From the NCBI GenBank assembly GCA_964016885.1, contig OZ024750.1, positions 40,362,001-40,426,000 on the forward strand: a DNA stretch of 64,000 nucleotides, read 5' to 3'. The stretch comes from Eledone cirrhosa (Eukaryota). The notes beneath the pieces were generated by a model. The model searched no databases. It had not been told where the DNA came from and worked only from the letters and a program-made list of their open reading frames with translations. Both the position numbers and the translations under genes were made by a program. Each line of letters opens with the position of its first letter. Within the stretch, counting starts at the first letter, position 1. Below are positions 14,691-29,720 of this stretch, one piece after another.

Positions 14691-15769
14691 CACACACATA
14701 TATATATATATAGTATTAAGGGGTGTTGAAAGAGATTAGGTTGTTATGTAAACATTACAGTATGTATTCAAGGACGTTGTTGATAGAAAGGTCATGTTTT
14801 TGTCATGTGTCTAGAGTGAGATTGTAAAGCTATGATGACCAGGCTCCGAAAATATATGGAAGCCTCAAAGTCTGCACAATTCTATATTATCTGCATATAA
14901 ATATGTGGTTAGAATTGAATAAATGCAGGTCGTTTAAAGATAATAAAAAGAAGGGGAAGGATAATAAGGGTGTTGAATAGAAACCTGGGGTATGTATCAC
15001 AGAAATGGTTGGTCTCCCACTATTAAAAATAAGATTAATGTCTCTCTCAAGTCGTGCTGGACTTAACCGTCGTTTTTCAGTGTCCTTTTCTACAAAACTG
15101 AAGTACTACCCACATTAAAGTATTGCTTATATATCTCACTGAGTTGGACTTACCTATAAGATAAATAAGCTATAGTTTTACGGCCACATACTCTCGGGGC
15201 CGCATTTTTTAAATTATATTTTTATTTTGTCATTAGTCTCTATACTTTAACACTAAATCATTAAACAAATTAGGGCATCAAATTTCATATAGCTTAAGGC
15301 CTCAACAGATGAAAGTTCGGCCCTTGTTCCAAGTCTGGAACTAAGCAGGCACATCAATGAGTATAGGTTGTGTAGAAGAATATATAGGCTGAGTAATTGT
15401 CTCAGTGTGGTCAGAGCAAAAAACTATGTTTGCCAGTTTGGCAAACTGTAAGTTGAAATTAATTTATATGGGAAAATGTGGTGCGAAACTGAGAGAAGAG
15501 GTGCACATTGAAGGGTTACACTAAGCCACTAAATACACGGCCGTTGTCTCTGACTATTGTTGATAATCCTCTTATGAACCTGATCAATGGACAACGAATT
15601 GGCTGTCGTTACAGCATAGAATACAATTTCTTGCCGTGTATCATCAGACTCGGGAGTTCAAATCCCACCGAAATATCACTTTAAGGTCGATAAATAAGGA
15701 ACCCATGCAAAACTGGGATCTTCTTCTTCCTCCTCTTGTTTTTCTTCTTATTATTATTATTTTTTTTAT

Positions 15770-16525
15770 TATTGGCAGTATCCGCCTATAAGGCAATATC
15801 GGTAGAGAGTCGAACGTCATGCTCTGCAGCATAGAGTTACGGCCCTTTATAATCTGAGTTCAAACCCCGCCGAGGTTAACTTTGCCTTTCATCCTCACGG
15901 GGGTCGATAAAATAAAGTACCAGTAATGTACTGGAATAATTGCTGGCCTTGTGCCAAAAGTAGAAACAATTATTATTGGCAGTATCGGTAGAAGGCCGGA
16001 CGTCATACTTTGCAGCATAGAGTTACGGCCCTTTACGGTATGAGTTCAAATCCCGCCGAAGTTAACTTTGTTTTTCATCCTTACTGGGGTCGATAAAATA
16101 AAGTACCAGTCATGCACTGGGGTTGATTTTAATCGACTTTCCCCTTCCCAAAATTGCTGGCCTTGTGCCTATATATAAGGTTAACTTTGCCTTTCATCCT
16201 TACGGGGTCGATAAAATAAAGTACCAGTAATGTACTGGGTAATTGCTGGCCTTGTGCCTAACGTAGAAACAATTATTATTATTATTATTATTATTATTGC
16301 GGTGGATTGGTAGTATAGGTAGAGGGTCGGACGCCATGCTTTGATGCATAGAGTTACGGCCCTTTCCATTCTGAGTTCAAATCCCGCCGAGGTTAACTTT
16401 GCCTTTCATCCTTACGGGGTCGATAAAATAAAGCACCAGTAATATACTGCGGTCGATTTAATCGACTCCCCCCACCCCCCACCCCTCGCCAAATTACTGG
16501 CCTTGTGCCTATATAAAAAATTATT
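15770..16525 (+). mobile_element. Head-to-tail array of about four SINE-A units
   Basis: Units start at ~15770, 15975, 16178 (5'-truncated) and 16298. Confidence 0.82.
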
Positions 16526-16868
16526 ATTATTATTATTATTATTCGTCTTCCCCCTCCCCCTCTTAGATTTATCACTCACCATTGTTTTGTTCAGTATTGT
16601 ACATCAACTCAGTGGTTCTCTCATTACTTCAGCAAGTACAATAATGTTTATGGTTCGCTGATGAGGTCGAATAAGAGCCAATCATGTCCACTGACTGGAG
16701 TTATCTCCTATTCTTGTCGAATTGACTAAAATAATATTAGGCGATGAGCTAATGTTTTTCCTTCCTCACAATATTTCTAATACTTTTGATGCTTATTAAA
16801 CTAAATATTCGAACTGAACTATTTAAACGTTAGAAGAAGATTGAATTACTGGGAGGTAGATGGAGTAC

Positions 16869-17690
16869 TATATATATATATATATACGCATATATATATA
16901 TATATATGCATATATATATATATATATATGCATATATATATATATATATATATGCATATATATATATATATATATATGCATATATATATATATATATATG
17001 CATATATATATATATATATATGCATATATATATATATATATGCATATATATATATATATATGCATATATATATATATATATATGCATATATATATATATA
17101 TATGCATATATATATATATATATGCATATATATATATATATATGCATATATATATATATATATATGCATATATATATATATATATATGCATATATATATA
17201 TATATATGCATATATATATATATATATATATATGCATATATATATATATGCATATATATATATATATATGCATATATATATATGCATATATATATATATA
17301 TATGCATATATATATATATATGCATATATATATATATGCATATATATATATATGCATATATATATATATATATGCATATATATATATATGCATATATATA
17401 TATATATATGCATATATATATATATATGCATATGCATATATATATATATATGCATATGCATATATATATGCATATATATATATATATGCATATATATATA
17501 TATATGCATATGCATATATATATGCATATGCATATATATATATATGCATATGCATATATATATATATATATATATGCATATATATATGTTTATATATATA
17601 TGTGTGAATATATATATATGCATATATATATGTTTATATATATATGTATATATATATATATATGTATGTGTATGTGTGTGTATGTGTGTG
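16869..17690. repeat. (TA)n/TGCA compound microsatellite, representative of the many (TA)n, (CA)n and (GA)n tracts
   Basis: Direct reading. Similar tracts at 1680-2070, 3180-3625, 14040-14710, 18330-18920 and 56115-56665. Confidence 0.95.
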
Positions 17691-18461
17691 AGTGTGTAGT
17701 ACAAGGTCAGAAACGAAAAACAAACACGGAGTACAATTACTAAAAGTATTAGGGTAGTACTTGTGTGAAATGGATAAAGAATTGTCTTCAACGTATCAAG
17801 CGTTTGTCTTTCATCAGGAAAGGGAGCAGGATGACGTTAGCAGAGGGAAGAAGTTAGAGAAAGAAAATTAGGGGTGTACATATATATACATATGCACACA
17901 CAGACATATGTATACACACACACACATATATATATATATATAAACGTATATAAATATACTTACATATATATATATATATACTTATTTCGTTTCTGAATTT
18001 GTTTAGCAAGATTCTTTATCTGAAATCGTGTGCGTGTGTTTCTTATTGGCAACATGACCCTCCCAAAGTATAACAATATATATACTTACATATATACTTA
18101 TATATATATAAACATGTATACATATATACATGTGTGTTTATACGTATATATATTTTTTTTTTTTAAAATTAAAATAACAGATCCCGTTAAGGGTGAAAGC
18201 AGCGATTCTTTGCTTAAACTCTAATCTGTTATTTTAATAAATATTTGCTCTATTGTTCTTATATATTTGATATATATTTATCCTTATCGAGCCCTCTTTG
18301 GATTTTAGTCTTCACATTTATTATTATTACTATATATATATATATATACATACAAATATACATATAATTACATATATATATATATATATATACATACATA
18401 TATATATACACATACATACACATATATACATATACACATACATACACATATATATATATAT

Positions 18462-18492
<31 letters not shown>

Positions 18493-18614
18493 CATACATA
18501 TATATATACACATATATACATACATATATATATACACATACATACACATATATATATATATACATACATATATATATATATATATATACATACATATATA
18601 TATACACATACATA

Positions 18615-18645
<31 letters not shown>

Positions 18646-18778
18646 ACATATATATATACACATACATATACACATACATACACATATATATATATATATA
18701 TATACATACATATATATATACACATACATACATATATATATACACATACATACATACATATATATATACACATACATA

Positions 18779-18809
<31 letters not shown>

Positions 18810-20783
18810 ACATATATATATACACATACATACACATATATATATATACATACATATATATATACACATACATATATATATACACATACATACACATACA
18901 CACATATATATATATATATATTACGCGTGCTCAAACACCTTGGAAGTTGTGTAGGGGACACGGGTATTATTTAGGCGCTGCCATGGGGTCCCACATGTTC
19001 ATGTGTAAGTCACCCCAACTCTGACCTGAATTATTCAGAGCAATATATAGTAGCAATCTAATCACGAGATGTTTACTTCTTATAGAATAGGAAAGCATCA
19101 GCCTGGTAAACCTCTTCATGATGGAAGTAATGAGACTTTCACCTCATTTATAATCATATGATTTGATGTAGTTTAGTTTCTCGTGTGTTTTAATAAGGAC
19201 AGGGTTGGCGATACCATCAGGCCAACTAGGCACTTATCTAGGGCGCACACATTATACAGTGGGACCTAGATTCAACTTAATTCGTTCTTGAAGGTCGTTC
19301 GTCGCCGGAGATGTTCGTGAACAGAAACAAAATAAATAATATCAAAATCTCATAGATTCAATATTATGCGAGATAAATCCTTTATCACGAAAATACAATA
19401 GTATATATAGAGTAATGTAAAGGGTCAAGATATAAAACAACTTTTCCAGGCATAGAACGTCTCGGGTGACAAACGATGTCTCGAGTAACGAACACGTAAT
19501 TATGCGAGGTATTATGTGAGAAAGCCTTTACCATGAAAATATGATAGTATATATAGATGTAATATAGATGTAATATAGATGTAATTCACTTTCCGACTTC
19601 AAATGAAATTATTTCAAACGTTTTTTAATTAACTATCTAGATTATTAGATTAGTAACGAGTACTTAATTAACCTGATGTCGAACTAGGTAAAGTGGGTTT
19701 GTACTAAACAATGTTAAGAGTTTTAAAGACTAAAATAAATTAAAATATTTCTCGGTTCAATTGTATTATATGAACCCGTAACTCCTCTGGGAGTCGGAGG
19801 GGTGCCACATTGTCTCAGGCATTTTAAAATCTGGAGCTCATCCTCTCTCCAGGTCTAAATACAGATGATTTCTTCCAGAGAAGGATAGAGAGCGTGAGAA
19901 AAATATATTGTGAAAGAATTGACCCCAGTACTAGACTGGTACCTTTTTTATCGACCTCTAATGGATGAAAAGCAAAGTTGATCTCGGTGGGGTTTGTCTC
20001 CGGTGGTGGTCTGGAGGTATTGTCAGAACGTATGTCCAGAGTGGTGGGGGTGGTCTGGAGGTGTCGTTAGAGCGTCTGTTCAGAGCAGTGGTCTGGAGAT
20101 ATTGTTAGAGCATCAGACGAGATGTTCTGCAGTGTTTTAATTATTTGTGTCCGAGTTCAAATCCCACTGTGGCTTACTGTGGTAGTAGACTCCACCGTCA
20201 GCCCGTTTAACACCACCACCACCAAGCTCGAGGGTGCTTTTGGCAAAGTCCACAGAGTAAGAATACCTTCCCCACCACCCACGGAGGTTTGTTGAAAAGG
20301 TCATGGATTCTGCTCCTCTCTGATTAAACTAAAATGAAAATAAATTTTTATACAGAGTCTAACTACAACTAAGATAAATATAACTCACGTAAAGCTAAAA
20401 GTTTCATTAGATCGAGTTTCTAGGTATCACGCTTAGGGGTGATTAAACAGCCAACCTCGTGTATAATACTACCAAAAGGTGAAGTCCTATTATAGCCATC
20501 ATGTCGAGTCAGAACTAACATATCACAAGGTCGCCGTCTAAAGGAAAATATTTCGTATAATCTATGTCTATATATACGAGTAAATATACGGCTATCAATG
20601 TGTTCCTCAGAAATGATGTCTTTAAAATGAATGTGGTGGGGGGTAGTCAAACATCGATTTTACCTTTAGCAGGAATAGTGGACCTAAAGCAGGTAACCTT
20701 ATTACAGATTTTTTTTTAAAGTTTCACGAGTTTTATTTTTTTTCACGTTGTCCGATATTTTTTTCATTATAATCTGCTTTCCT

Positions 20784-21002
20784 AGGGCGGTGGATTGGCA
20801 GAATCGGTAGAGCGTCAGACACCATGCTTTGCAGCATAGAGTTACGGTCCGAGTTCAAATCCCGCCGAGGTTAACTTTGCCTTTCCTCCTTACAAGGTCG
20901 ATAAAATAAAGTACCAGTAATACACTGGGGTAAATTTAATCGACTTTCTCCCCCCCCCCCCAAAAAAAAAGAATTACTGGCCTGGTGCCTATACTAGAAA
21001 TC
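20784..21002 (+). mobile_element. tRNA-derived SINE family A (full copy)
   Basis: A/B-box-like head (tggcagaatcgg; gagttcaaatccc), central ctttcatccttacggggtcgataaa-type domain, tail ggccttgtgcc...agaaa; 15 bp TSD ataatct(g/a)ctttcct. Other copies at ~25090-25510(-), 38061-38240, 39560-39780, 40705-40890(-), 53218-53410 and 55550-55730(-). Confidence 0.85.
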
Positions 21003-21047
21003 ATAATCTACTTTCCTTCGAAAATTGTTTGTATAGTTCTAACTTTG

Positions 21048-21095
<48 letters not shown>

Positions 21096-21683
21096 TAAAT
21101 CTACCAAAATAAACAGTAGTGACCAATCCGTATGAAGAACTCAATGTAATCCAAATATAGAAAATATGAAAAGAGAAAATCCATTCAAAATTTAACGATA
21201 AAAATCATAGGAAAACAGTCAAGATAAATTAATAAAAACAATAAAATAATTACAAAGAACAGGTTCCTTATATTAAAAAAAAAATCATTTTACGTTCGTT
21301 TCTGGGATATATATGTGAATGTTGGTATGTATATCATATTAAAGATCTATGTAAAAAAAAATTACAAATTATCGGAGGAGATATTTTAATTTATATACAT
21401 ACCTTCACTTATATATGGCATATATAAGTGAAGGTATGTATATCTTCGCCAATAATTTGTAATATTTTTTTTTACATAGATCTTTAATATGATATACATA
21501 CCAACATACACATATATCCCAGAAACGATCGTAAAATGATGATTTTTTTTTAAATATAAGGAACCTGTTTGTTTTTATTTCATTATTTTTATTAATATAT
21601 ATATATATAAACAGGGAGAAAGAGACGATTATGAGGAAGAAAAATATTTTTCCTATTTTTGTCTCTTTTTTCTGGGTTAGAAA

Positions 21684-22150
21684 ATGAACAATATCCTCCA
21701 AACACACATCATAAAGAGAAAAAGACAACCCAAATCCATAAAAAACATCCTCACACAAGCCAAAATCCAACAAACCCTCACAATAAACCCTACAGTAACA
21801 AAATGCGGAAGGCCCAACTCTGGCATATGCATAAATCTAATAGAAGGTTCAACATTCCATTTTAAACAAGGACAACGTTTCACAGTTAAACATAACTTTA
21901 CATGTGCATCTGAAAACCTTATCTATGTTTTGACCTGCTCAGGTTGTCAAGAGCACTACATAGGACAGACAAAAAACAGCCTCCGTCAACGTATGACCGT
22001 CCATAAATCACAAATTAAAATACAGGAATACAGAAAGATTTAAAATTTTCCCCATTTACAAATTCATAGACAACGCTACTTTCATCCAACGCACCAATAA
22101 GGAAACAATTCATTAATAAATTTCAACCACTACTCGATGCCCTAAAAATC
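21684..22150 (+). pseudogene. 3' fragment of a second Penelope-like family (Neptune-like Cys linker + GIY-YIG)
   Basis: KCGRPNSGIC...FTCASENLIYVLTCSGCQEHYIGQTKNSLRQRMTVH. Flanked by inverted repeats at ~21610-21688 and ~22689-22762; degenerate hammerhead at ~22553-22594. Confidence 0.8.
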
Positions 22151-24254
22151 GAACCAATCTAAAACTGCAACAAACCATCAAACATTTACAATAGTTACCT
22201 CCCTCACACCCTACCTAATCCTTTTTCTTAAATAAATTAAATATCACCCACCAAGAATTGCTTCCCTCTGCATATTAACTCTCTAAAAAGGGAAATCATA
22301 TCAAACCTCAGTCCACCATTTGCCTCCTTCACGGAACCATGGTTCAACTAAGCACTCTTGCGATATTAACACATTTTGAACTGCTGAAATTCAATGACTG
22401 CTTGTAAATAAAATTTTTTCTTCCACATTGACTTTTTACGTTCCACATTATGCACGTTTTTTTTCCTTTTTCACTTCTTAAACCTTGTTTGTATATAACA
22501 TTCTTTCTGCCCCTTCTGTTCAACATGTGCGACACCACACCAATACATTTCACTATCATTTGATAATGCATATAAATTCAGAAACCGGTAATAGACAAAT
22601 ATATAAATAGATAAATAAATGCCGTTGTTAAATAAATAAATCAACCAATACCTTAACACTTCACACAAAGTAAAACATTTCGTTTTAATCATTTTCTAAC
22701 CCAGAAAAAAGAGAAAAGGAGAAAAAAATATTTTTCTTCCTCATAATCGTCTTTCTCCGTTTTCATATATATATCCTAACTCGGGTGCCTCCTCTCCACA
22801 TTTTATTATATATATATATATATATATATATAAACAGAAGTACAGAGCTACGTGTTCATTCATAGGGGACCAAAAACCACCAGAGTGACGAACATATAAC
22901 CTACGGAAGGAATGGTGAATATAAATCAATAAAAAGAATATATTAAAATATACTAAGCATTCGATTATAACAATAACACCTGGACATGATCAAATAAGAG
23001 TATGTTTCGCTATAAGTGAAGATTCCATATTGTAGACGTATTATATATAAAATTAAGCCGAAGTGTAGGGACTGTCAAATGTTTTGTGTAGTGGGTGAAG
23101 TACTGAAGTTCCAGATGCAGGTACGAAATATGTGAACGACTAAGAGGCACAGACGTGTGGGCAGCGGGAAAGGTGATATCACATTTTAAACAAAGCACGA
23201 GTTTACAACTTTAGAATTTTGAACAAAGAAATAAACCGAATTGGTTTAGTATTTCACTTGAATGATGTAACCACGTATTTATTATGACAATATTTAATTC
23301 GTCATTCAGTGTTCAACGATAGTTGATAAACGTGGTTTCAACAACTTGAAATAAATACACACGCCCCCGTCTCCAAGGCGTTCGCATGGGTTCAATTTTT
23401 AACTTCAGAAACCTATATAACTTGGCTATAATTTAAACGGGAGGAGAATAGAAAATATTTTCTCAAAAAAGAAATATTCAATTAACAATACTACTAATTA
23501 TGTTGAGATTTATTAAACAATTTATGTAATAGAATATTATATTGTAGTATGACGAATTTCTGTAAAACCTTACTTATGTGATCTCGGTTCCAGGTTCACT
23601 CATCGCACTTAAATCGTTTCGAGTACAAGTTGACATATCAAGTAATAGTTTCAAATTTCATGTCACATGGAGAAAAAAATGGACACCCATTCTTTAACAA
23701 TGATGATTATAACACTTAAACAGTAGGGTATCAACTGTAAATGGGTTTGAAGGTTCATAGCCGTGCAGAAACAGGTTTTATAAGCCTTTAAAATTATGTA
23801 CAGTTGCTGGCCATACCTATACGCTAAATAAGCTATAATTTAGAGCCACACTCCCTGGAAAGACTAATTGAAAACATTTTAGTAGTTTTTATTCTTTAAC
23901 ACTAAATATTTTACCGGAAAAATGTTTTAGAGAGGGCCTCAAGTTTTATATAACTTAGGGCTCCAGCAGGTGAAGGTAGGACCCTGGTAGGGGTAGAAGT
24001 AAAATAATCAATCGATAAACACAGCTGTATAAATAACATTACAACTTATTTATATAGAATGAAAATATATACACAAATATAAATACTACGTTAATGTCAA
24101 ATGTAAATACTTATAAAAAAAACTTTACTATTTTGTAACAAATATTAATGGTAAAACAGCAATGTGGTAACGGATTTAGTAAGAATTTATAAAATGTACA
24201 TTGAAAATAAATGTTTTAACAACTTTGAACTAAAAATACCCGGAAAAGTTTTTT

Positions 24255-24950
24255 TTATATTGCTCTCGCACGTATGTAGCTGGCAAGAGAACAGGCGAAT
24301 ATACCTCCAACTAGCTGTAAAAATCCAAATATATTACAAGTGGTTCCCAAATAGATTTGACGTTTATGCATCCAAGAAAGGATTTTTTTCGAACAACCAT
24401 ATTCATAAATAGAGATCTTGTTTTTAAAGTTATTTCCACATCCGTTTGTTGGAGAAATACAACAAGAATCTGGGACAGTACCATTGCCCAACACACTGTG
24501 CCATTCAATTGGTTTGTGTACACCGCAGCAGGCAAAACGTTCTTGAATATCATCCCATTCTTTTGTAATTGTACTGTTGTAGAGATATTGCTGTTCAGAC
24601 TTCATCATCCTGGCGCTAACAGAATGACTTGCAATTTTTCTCAGCGAAAAAGCTGCAGTTGAGCTGCCAATTTCAACCATTGTTATAATGACGACAAACA
24701 CAGTAAATGTAGCAATATATTTGTAGCTGTTCTTTAGAGCTCCGACAAGACCAAATATTGACATCAGCATGAGAAGAAAACCTAAAGATATGAGCAAGAC
24801 GGTACATAATTTCATATAGGTTCCCAATAAACAGGGATAAGATTCGGTATAATAGAGGCCACCAAGTGTTATAAGAACCGTAGAAGCAATTAGAAAGAGA
24901 ATATTAAGCAAAATTAAAGCCGTTCTTGTACAAGTTGGACTACATTCCAT
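24255..24950 (-). CDS. Intronless tetraspanin (CD63/TSPAN7-like, 6-Cys EC2), 231 aa from the ATG at 24950
   Basis: Four hydrophobic segments; large extracellular loop EWDDIQERFACCG...EW...VPDSCC...NGCG...YEYGC. The ORF track starts at a TTG (24965); the first ATG gives MECSPTC. Confidence 0.93.
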   Translation of the reverse strand: MECSPTCTRTALILLNILFLIASTVLITLGGLYYTESYPCLLGTYMKLCTVLLISLGFLLMLMSIFGLVGALKNSYKYIATFTVFVVIITMVEIGSSTAAFSLRKIASHSVSARMMKSEQQYLYNSTITKEWDDIQERFACCGVHKPIEWHSVLGNGTVPDSCCISPTNGCGNNFKNKISIYEYGCSKKILSWMHKRQIYLGTTCNIFGFLQLVGGIFACSLASYIRARAI

Positions 24951-25020
24951 GTTTGCTTCTGGCAAAAGAAAATGTTACTAAATGACCGACTATTTATTGA
25001 TCGATAAATAACCTGGCTTT

Positions 25021-25034
25021 ATTCATATGCAAAT
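25021..25034 (-). promoter_or_regulatory. Octamer motif ATTTGCATATGAAT, ~80 bp upstream of the tetraspanin ATG
   Basis: Same orientation and similar spacing as at 60811; followed by AATAAATA ~35 bp downstream. Confidence 0.45.
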
Positions 25035-25599
25035 TTATTTTGGCACCGTGGAGTACATTATACGACTATTGTTAATGAACATAAAATAATGAGTTCTAAT
25101 TTAGGCACAAGGCCAACAATTTGAGCGGGGGAAGGGGAAAGTCGATTAAATCGACTTCAGTAATTCACTGATATTTTTATTTTATCGACCTCAGAAGGAC
25201 AAAAGACAAGGTTGACCTGGGCGGGATTTGAACTCAGAACGTAAAGAGGCGGAATAAATACTTTAAGTAGATGTCCAGTACTCTAAAGACTCTAACTGTT
25301 TCTAATTTTGGCACAAGGCCAGCAATTTGAAGGGAAGGAGAAATTCGATTATATCGACCCAGTGCATTACTGGTACTTTATTTTATCGACTCCGAAAGGA
25401 TGAAAGGCAAAGCTAACCCCAGCGGGATTTGAACTCAGAACGTAAATGGTTGTAACTCTGTGCCACAATGCATGGTTCCGACGTTCTACCGGTTCTATTG
25501 CCAATTCACCACCCATTATCAATCAGAAAATAAATAATAAAAATAATTTTGTAGGAAATCCACAGATTCGTGTGTTTCTGCACATAGTGGAGGGTTACT

Positions 25600-26030
25600 G
25601 CTTCTTCTTCGCCCACTTATTTCTGATAAAGTGTGTAGCTCGGAGCTCAGAGAGTCACTCCAGGTAGAGCTGGCTGCTACTTCTCCGAATTGAGCGATCA
25701 CAGCTCCGATACTATGGGGTCCCAGCGAAGGGTCTTTGGAGTAACGTTATTCGATAGAATGCATAGGTCCGAGATCAGAGAGTCACTCCAGGTAGAGGCC
25801 CTACTTCTCCGAATTGAGAGATCACAGCGTCTGATTCTGTGGGCATGTGGTTAGAATGTCTCGGGAAAGAATCGCTGGACAAAACCAACTGGTAGGAGAC
25901 CCGAGCAAGATGGTTGGATAACATCCATCAGCTCGGCTGGTCACACTTGGGGATCCAGCCGGATCAGTTGATGACAATTTCTTCTGACAGGATCCTCCGG
26001 AAAGAGTGTTTAAGGACTCTGCCCCCTCTC
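25600..26030 (+). mobile_element. RTE-type LINE 3' fragment
   Basis: Remnant of GHVVRM...GRRP...RWLDNI, typical of the RTE ORF C-terminus. An inverted tail piece (cttcttcttcgccc) lies at ~25600-25620. Confidence 0.7.
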
Positions 26031-27752
26031 GGGGTTACTGCTAACAAGATAATTATTTCAAGCGTGTATACAGCAGATTTCATTAGTTTTGTTTATCTTA
26101 AAAGTTACTTTAAAGAAAAGCAACACTCGGTGAAGTTTCAATCTTTTTGTAGTGCAAACATACAAAGGCAAATCTCTGCAAATATGTAACGTTGTTTCAA
26201 ATACGAGTGTCAGCTCACAAGTTCATAGATTGACTATGAAGGAGTGATGCTAGAGCTGTGAAATATGGCATGCTTTAATTTCAACTCTTCTCCAAGGACT
26301 ATGTTGAAAAATAAACTTCATTTGGTCATTCCATGAGAATATTTTGGTCAGCCTATGAACTTTTCAGCCAACCCCGTAAATGTTTTTATTCAACAAATTT
26401 CAACAAAATTATAAAATGTTTACAATGAAAGAGGAGGGGAGGGGGGCAGGAGAAAACAAATATAATAACGAAAGTGTGTGTGTGGTGTGTGTGTGTAAGG
26501 GACGGGGTCCATCAAAGACCCAGGAGCGGTTTCTATCAAATGACTTAAAACAATTATGAAATAATAAACGAGTTCATAAGGTGCAAATTTTGTCCTTTCA
26601 CCCCCCCCACCTCCTCTGTCTGTGTGTGTCTGTGTATGTATGTCTGTGTTTCTGTGTGTATGTCTGTGTCTGTGTGTGAGTGTGTGTGTGTGTGTGTGTG
26701 TCTGTGAGTGTGTCTGTCTGTGTATGTCTGTGCGTGTGTGTCTGTGTATGTATGTCTGTGTATGTATGTTTGTGTTTGTGTGAGTGTGTATGTCTGTGTG
26801 AGTGTGTGTGTCTGTCTGTCTGTCTGTCTGTGTCTGTGTGTGTGTGTCTGTCTGTGTATGTGTGTGTTTATCTGTGTGTCCGTGCGTGTGTGTGTCTATG
26901 TATGTGTCTTTCCTTTTGCGCATGTATGTACTTAATGTAATGGGTGAATTGACAAAGTCGTTGGAACGCAAGACAAAGTGCCTTGCGGTATTTGTTTCGA
27001 CTCTCCATTCTCAGTTGAAATCCTTTAAAGTTCAACTTTGCCTTTCACCCATTTGGGGTAAGGGTTGGGATCAATAAAATAAAGTATCAAAATTAGGAAA
27101 TGGACTGGAGAAATTGTTAGAGCGTCGAATGGGATGTCTTGCGGCATAGTTTCAGCTCTCTCTGTTCTATTTTAAAATCCCGCAATAGTCTACTTGGATA
27201 GTAGTAGACTTAATTTGTCACTCGGTTTAACACACCACCTTACCCCAATCAGTAAATAATGATGCAACTAGGTTCAAATACTCAGCGTCAAGTGTATCCT
27301 TCCAAGTACGATTTGGTGGTCCTCAATGGAGTATAGTTACAGTAATGGTAATTGCGATGGCCAGATATAGATATTTCATAACTTATGTTATTCATAATCT
27401 GCCGTAATACATATTTCTGTGGCGTTAAGGCTGCCATCACGCAACCCCCAACACGACTTCATCAGACGTAATAAGATTGTTATGTAACATTTTTAATGAA
27501 ATACAGGCTATCAATAAATGGACGGACGAGTTCGATGTTGGTTTAATAGGGACGGATTCTCATAAGACCAACGGACCAGCATCCTTTTCCGTCTATAGGT
27601 GTATTTTATAACAATTGATTATGTTTACAGTTATTTTCTGAATTTGAAATTTTCTAAGAAATTCAATCCACTCAAGCTTTGGTGGTTTCTCTCTCCCCAC
27701 CTCTCTCTTTCTCTCTCTCTCCCTCTTTCTCTCTCTCTCTCTCTCTCTCTCA

Positions 27753-27832
<80 letters not shown>

Positions 27833-27835
27833 GTA

Positions 27836-27930
<95 letters not shown>

Positions 27931-28168
27931 GTATATATATGTATATATATATATATACATAATATATATATATATATATACATATGTATGTATGTGTATA
28001 TATATATATATGCACGCACACACATATATATATATATATATGTATTTCGGCTTCAATTGGGGGTAACCACAGAAAGTAAGGTACTCAATACATAGCAGAG
28101 TATATACAATATCTAATATAGGCTTTTACAGGACTAGAACTGTTTCATTCGAATGAGATAGAGTGACA

Positions 28169-28245
<77 letters not shown>

Positions 28246-28634
28246 CTATGCCTTAATTCAACTATAACTACAAAACATTGGAATAATCTCGAAATTTTTC
28301 GCCATAAATTAATGATGTTGACATTTTCACGACTGACTATGTTAGAGTTATTTCGCTAAAATTATACAGAAATTACTAGTGTCCTTGATACACTTATCCC
28401 ATTATAGTATCAAAGCTGGTGGTAACATTTTCCAGAAATTGTTTCAATTATAAGAATCACACTACATTTTTTCCCATGATAAGTAATTACTGCAGTGAGA
28501 CGACTCCAGAATTGTGTTGAATTATTTGTGAAGAAATGTAAAGATGTATTTCACAAGTAAATACTAAACGACCGTGAACTTTCGTGTTTTCATAAACTGC
28601 TTTATTGTAGTATCAGTGACAAGTTTAGGCCTTG

Positions 28635-29108
28635 GAGGGCTCTCTAGGAACTTCAGGTTTGGTGAGTCCCGGGGAACTTCACGTTTGGGGAGCCCGGGGC
28701 ACTTCACGTTTGGGGTCCCGTGGAACTTCAGAGTTAGAGGGTCCCGGGGGAACTTCAGAGCTGGAGGGTCCCGGGGAACTTCAGAGCTGGAGGGGTCCCG
28801 GGGAACTTCAGGTTTGGTGGGGCCCGGGGAACTTCAGAGCTGGAGGGGTTCTGGGGAACTTCAGAGTTGGAGGGGTCCCGGGTAACTTCACGTTTTGGGG
28901 GTCCGGGGAACTTCAGGTTTGGTAGGTCCCGGGGAACTTACGTTTGGTGGAGCCCGGGGAACTTCAGGTTTGAGGGTCCCGGGGAACTTCAGGTTTGGTG
29001 GAGCCCGGGGAACTTCACGTTTGGGGGTCCCAGGGAACTTCAGAGTTGGAGGGGTCCCGGGGAACTTCAGAGCTGGAGAGGTCCCGAGGAACTTCAGGTT
29101 TAGTGGGT
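28635..29108. repeat. GC-rich ~26 bp minisatellite
   Basis: Unit similar to ggtcccggggaacttcaggtttggag, about 18 copies. Confidence 0.92.
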
Positions 29109-29227
29109 CCCCTCATTCACAAAAAATAGATTACCCAGCAACCCCCCAATTTTACATGTCAAAGTTAGTTTGGCGCAAGTAATTGGAGTTGATAAGTTAT
29201 ACATGCAGGTATTAAATTCAAAAATTA

Positions 29228-29720
29228 TAATAATTGTTTCAATCTAGGCGGGATTTGAACTCAGACCGTATAGGGCCGTAACTCTATGCTGCAAAGCATG
29301 GCGTTCGACCCCTTACCGATACTGCCAATCCAATAATTATGGTTTCTTATATAGGCACAAGGCCAGCAATTTTGGGGGAGGGGAAAGTCGATTAAATCGA
29401 CTCAGTACATTACTGGTACTTTATGTTATTGACCCCATACGGATGAAAAGCAAAGTTAACCTCGGGATTTGAATTCAGATCATAAAGGGCCGTAACTCTA
29501 TGCTGCAAAGCATGGCGTCCGACCCTCTACCGATATTGCCAATCCAATAATAATTGTTTCTACTTTTTGCACAAGGCCAGCAATTACCCAGTGTATTACT
29601 GGTACTTTATTGTATCGACCCCGTAAGGATGAAAGGCAAAGTTAACCTCGGCGGGATTTGAACTCAGAATGGAAAGGACCGTAACTCCTTGCGTCAAAGC
29701 ATGGCGTCCAACCCTCTACC
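29228..29720 (-). mobile_element. Head-to-tail array of about three SINE-A units
   Basis: Reverse complement of the SINE-A consensus repeated three times; the first unit is deleted. Confidence 0.8.

Noticed and set aside
28574-29182. Gly/Pro/Arg-rich repetitive ORFs resembling a structural protein
   Set aside because: The ~26 bp unit is not a multiple of 3 and opens several frames, so it is a minisatellite.
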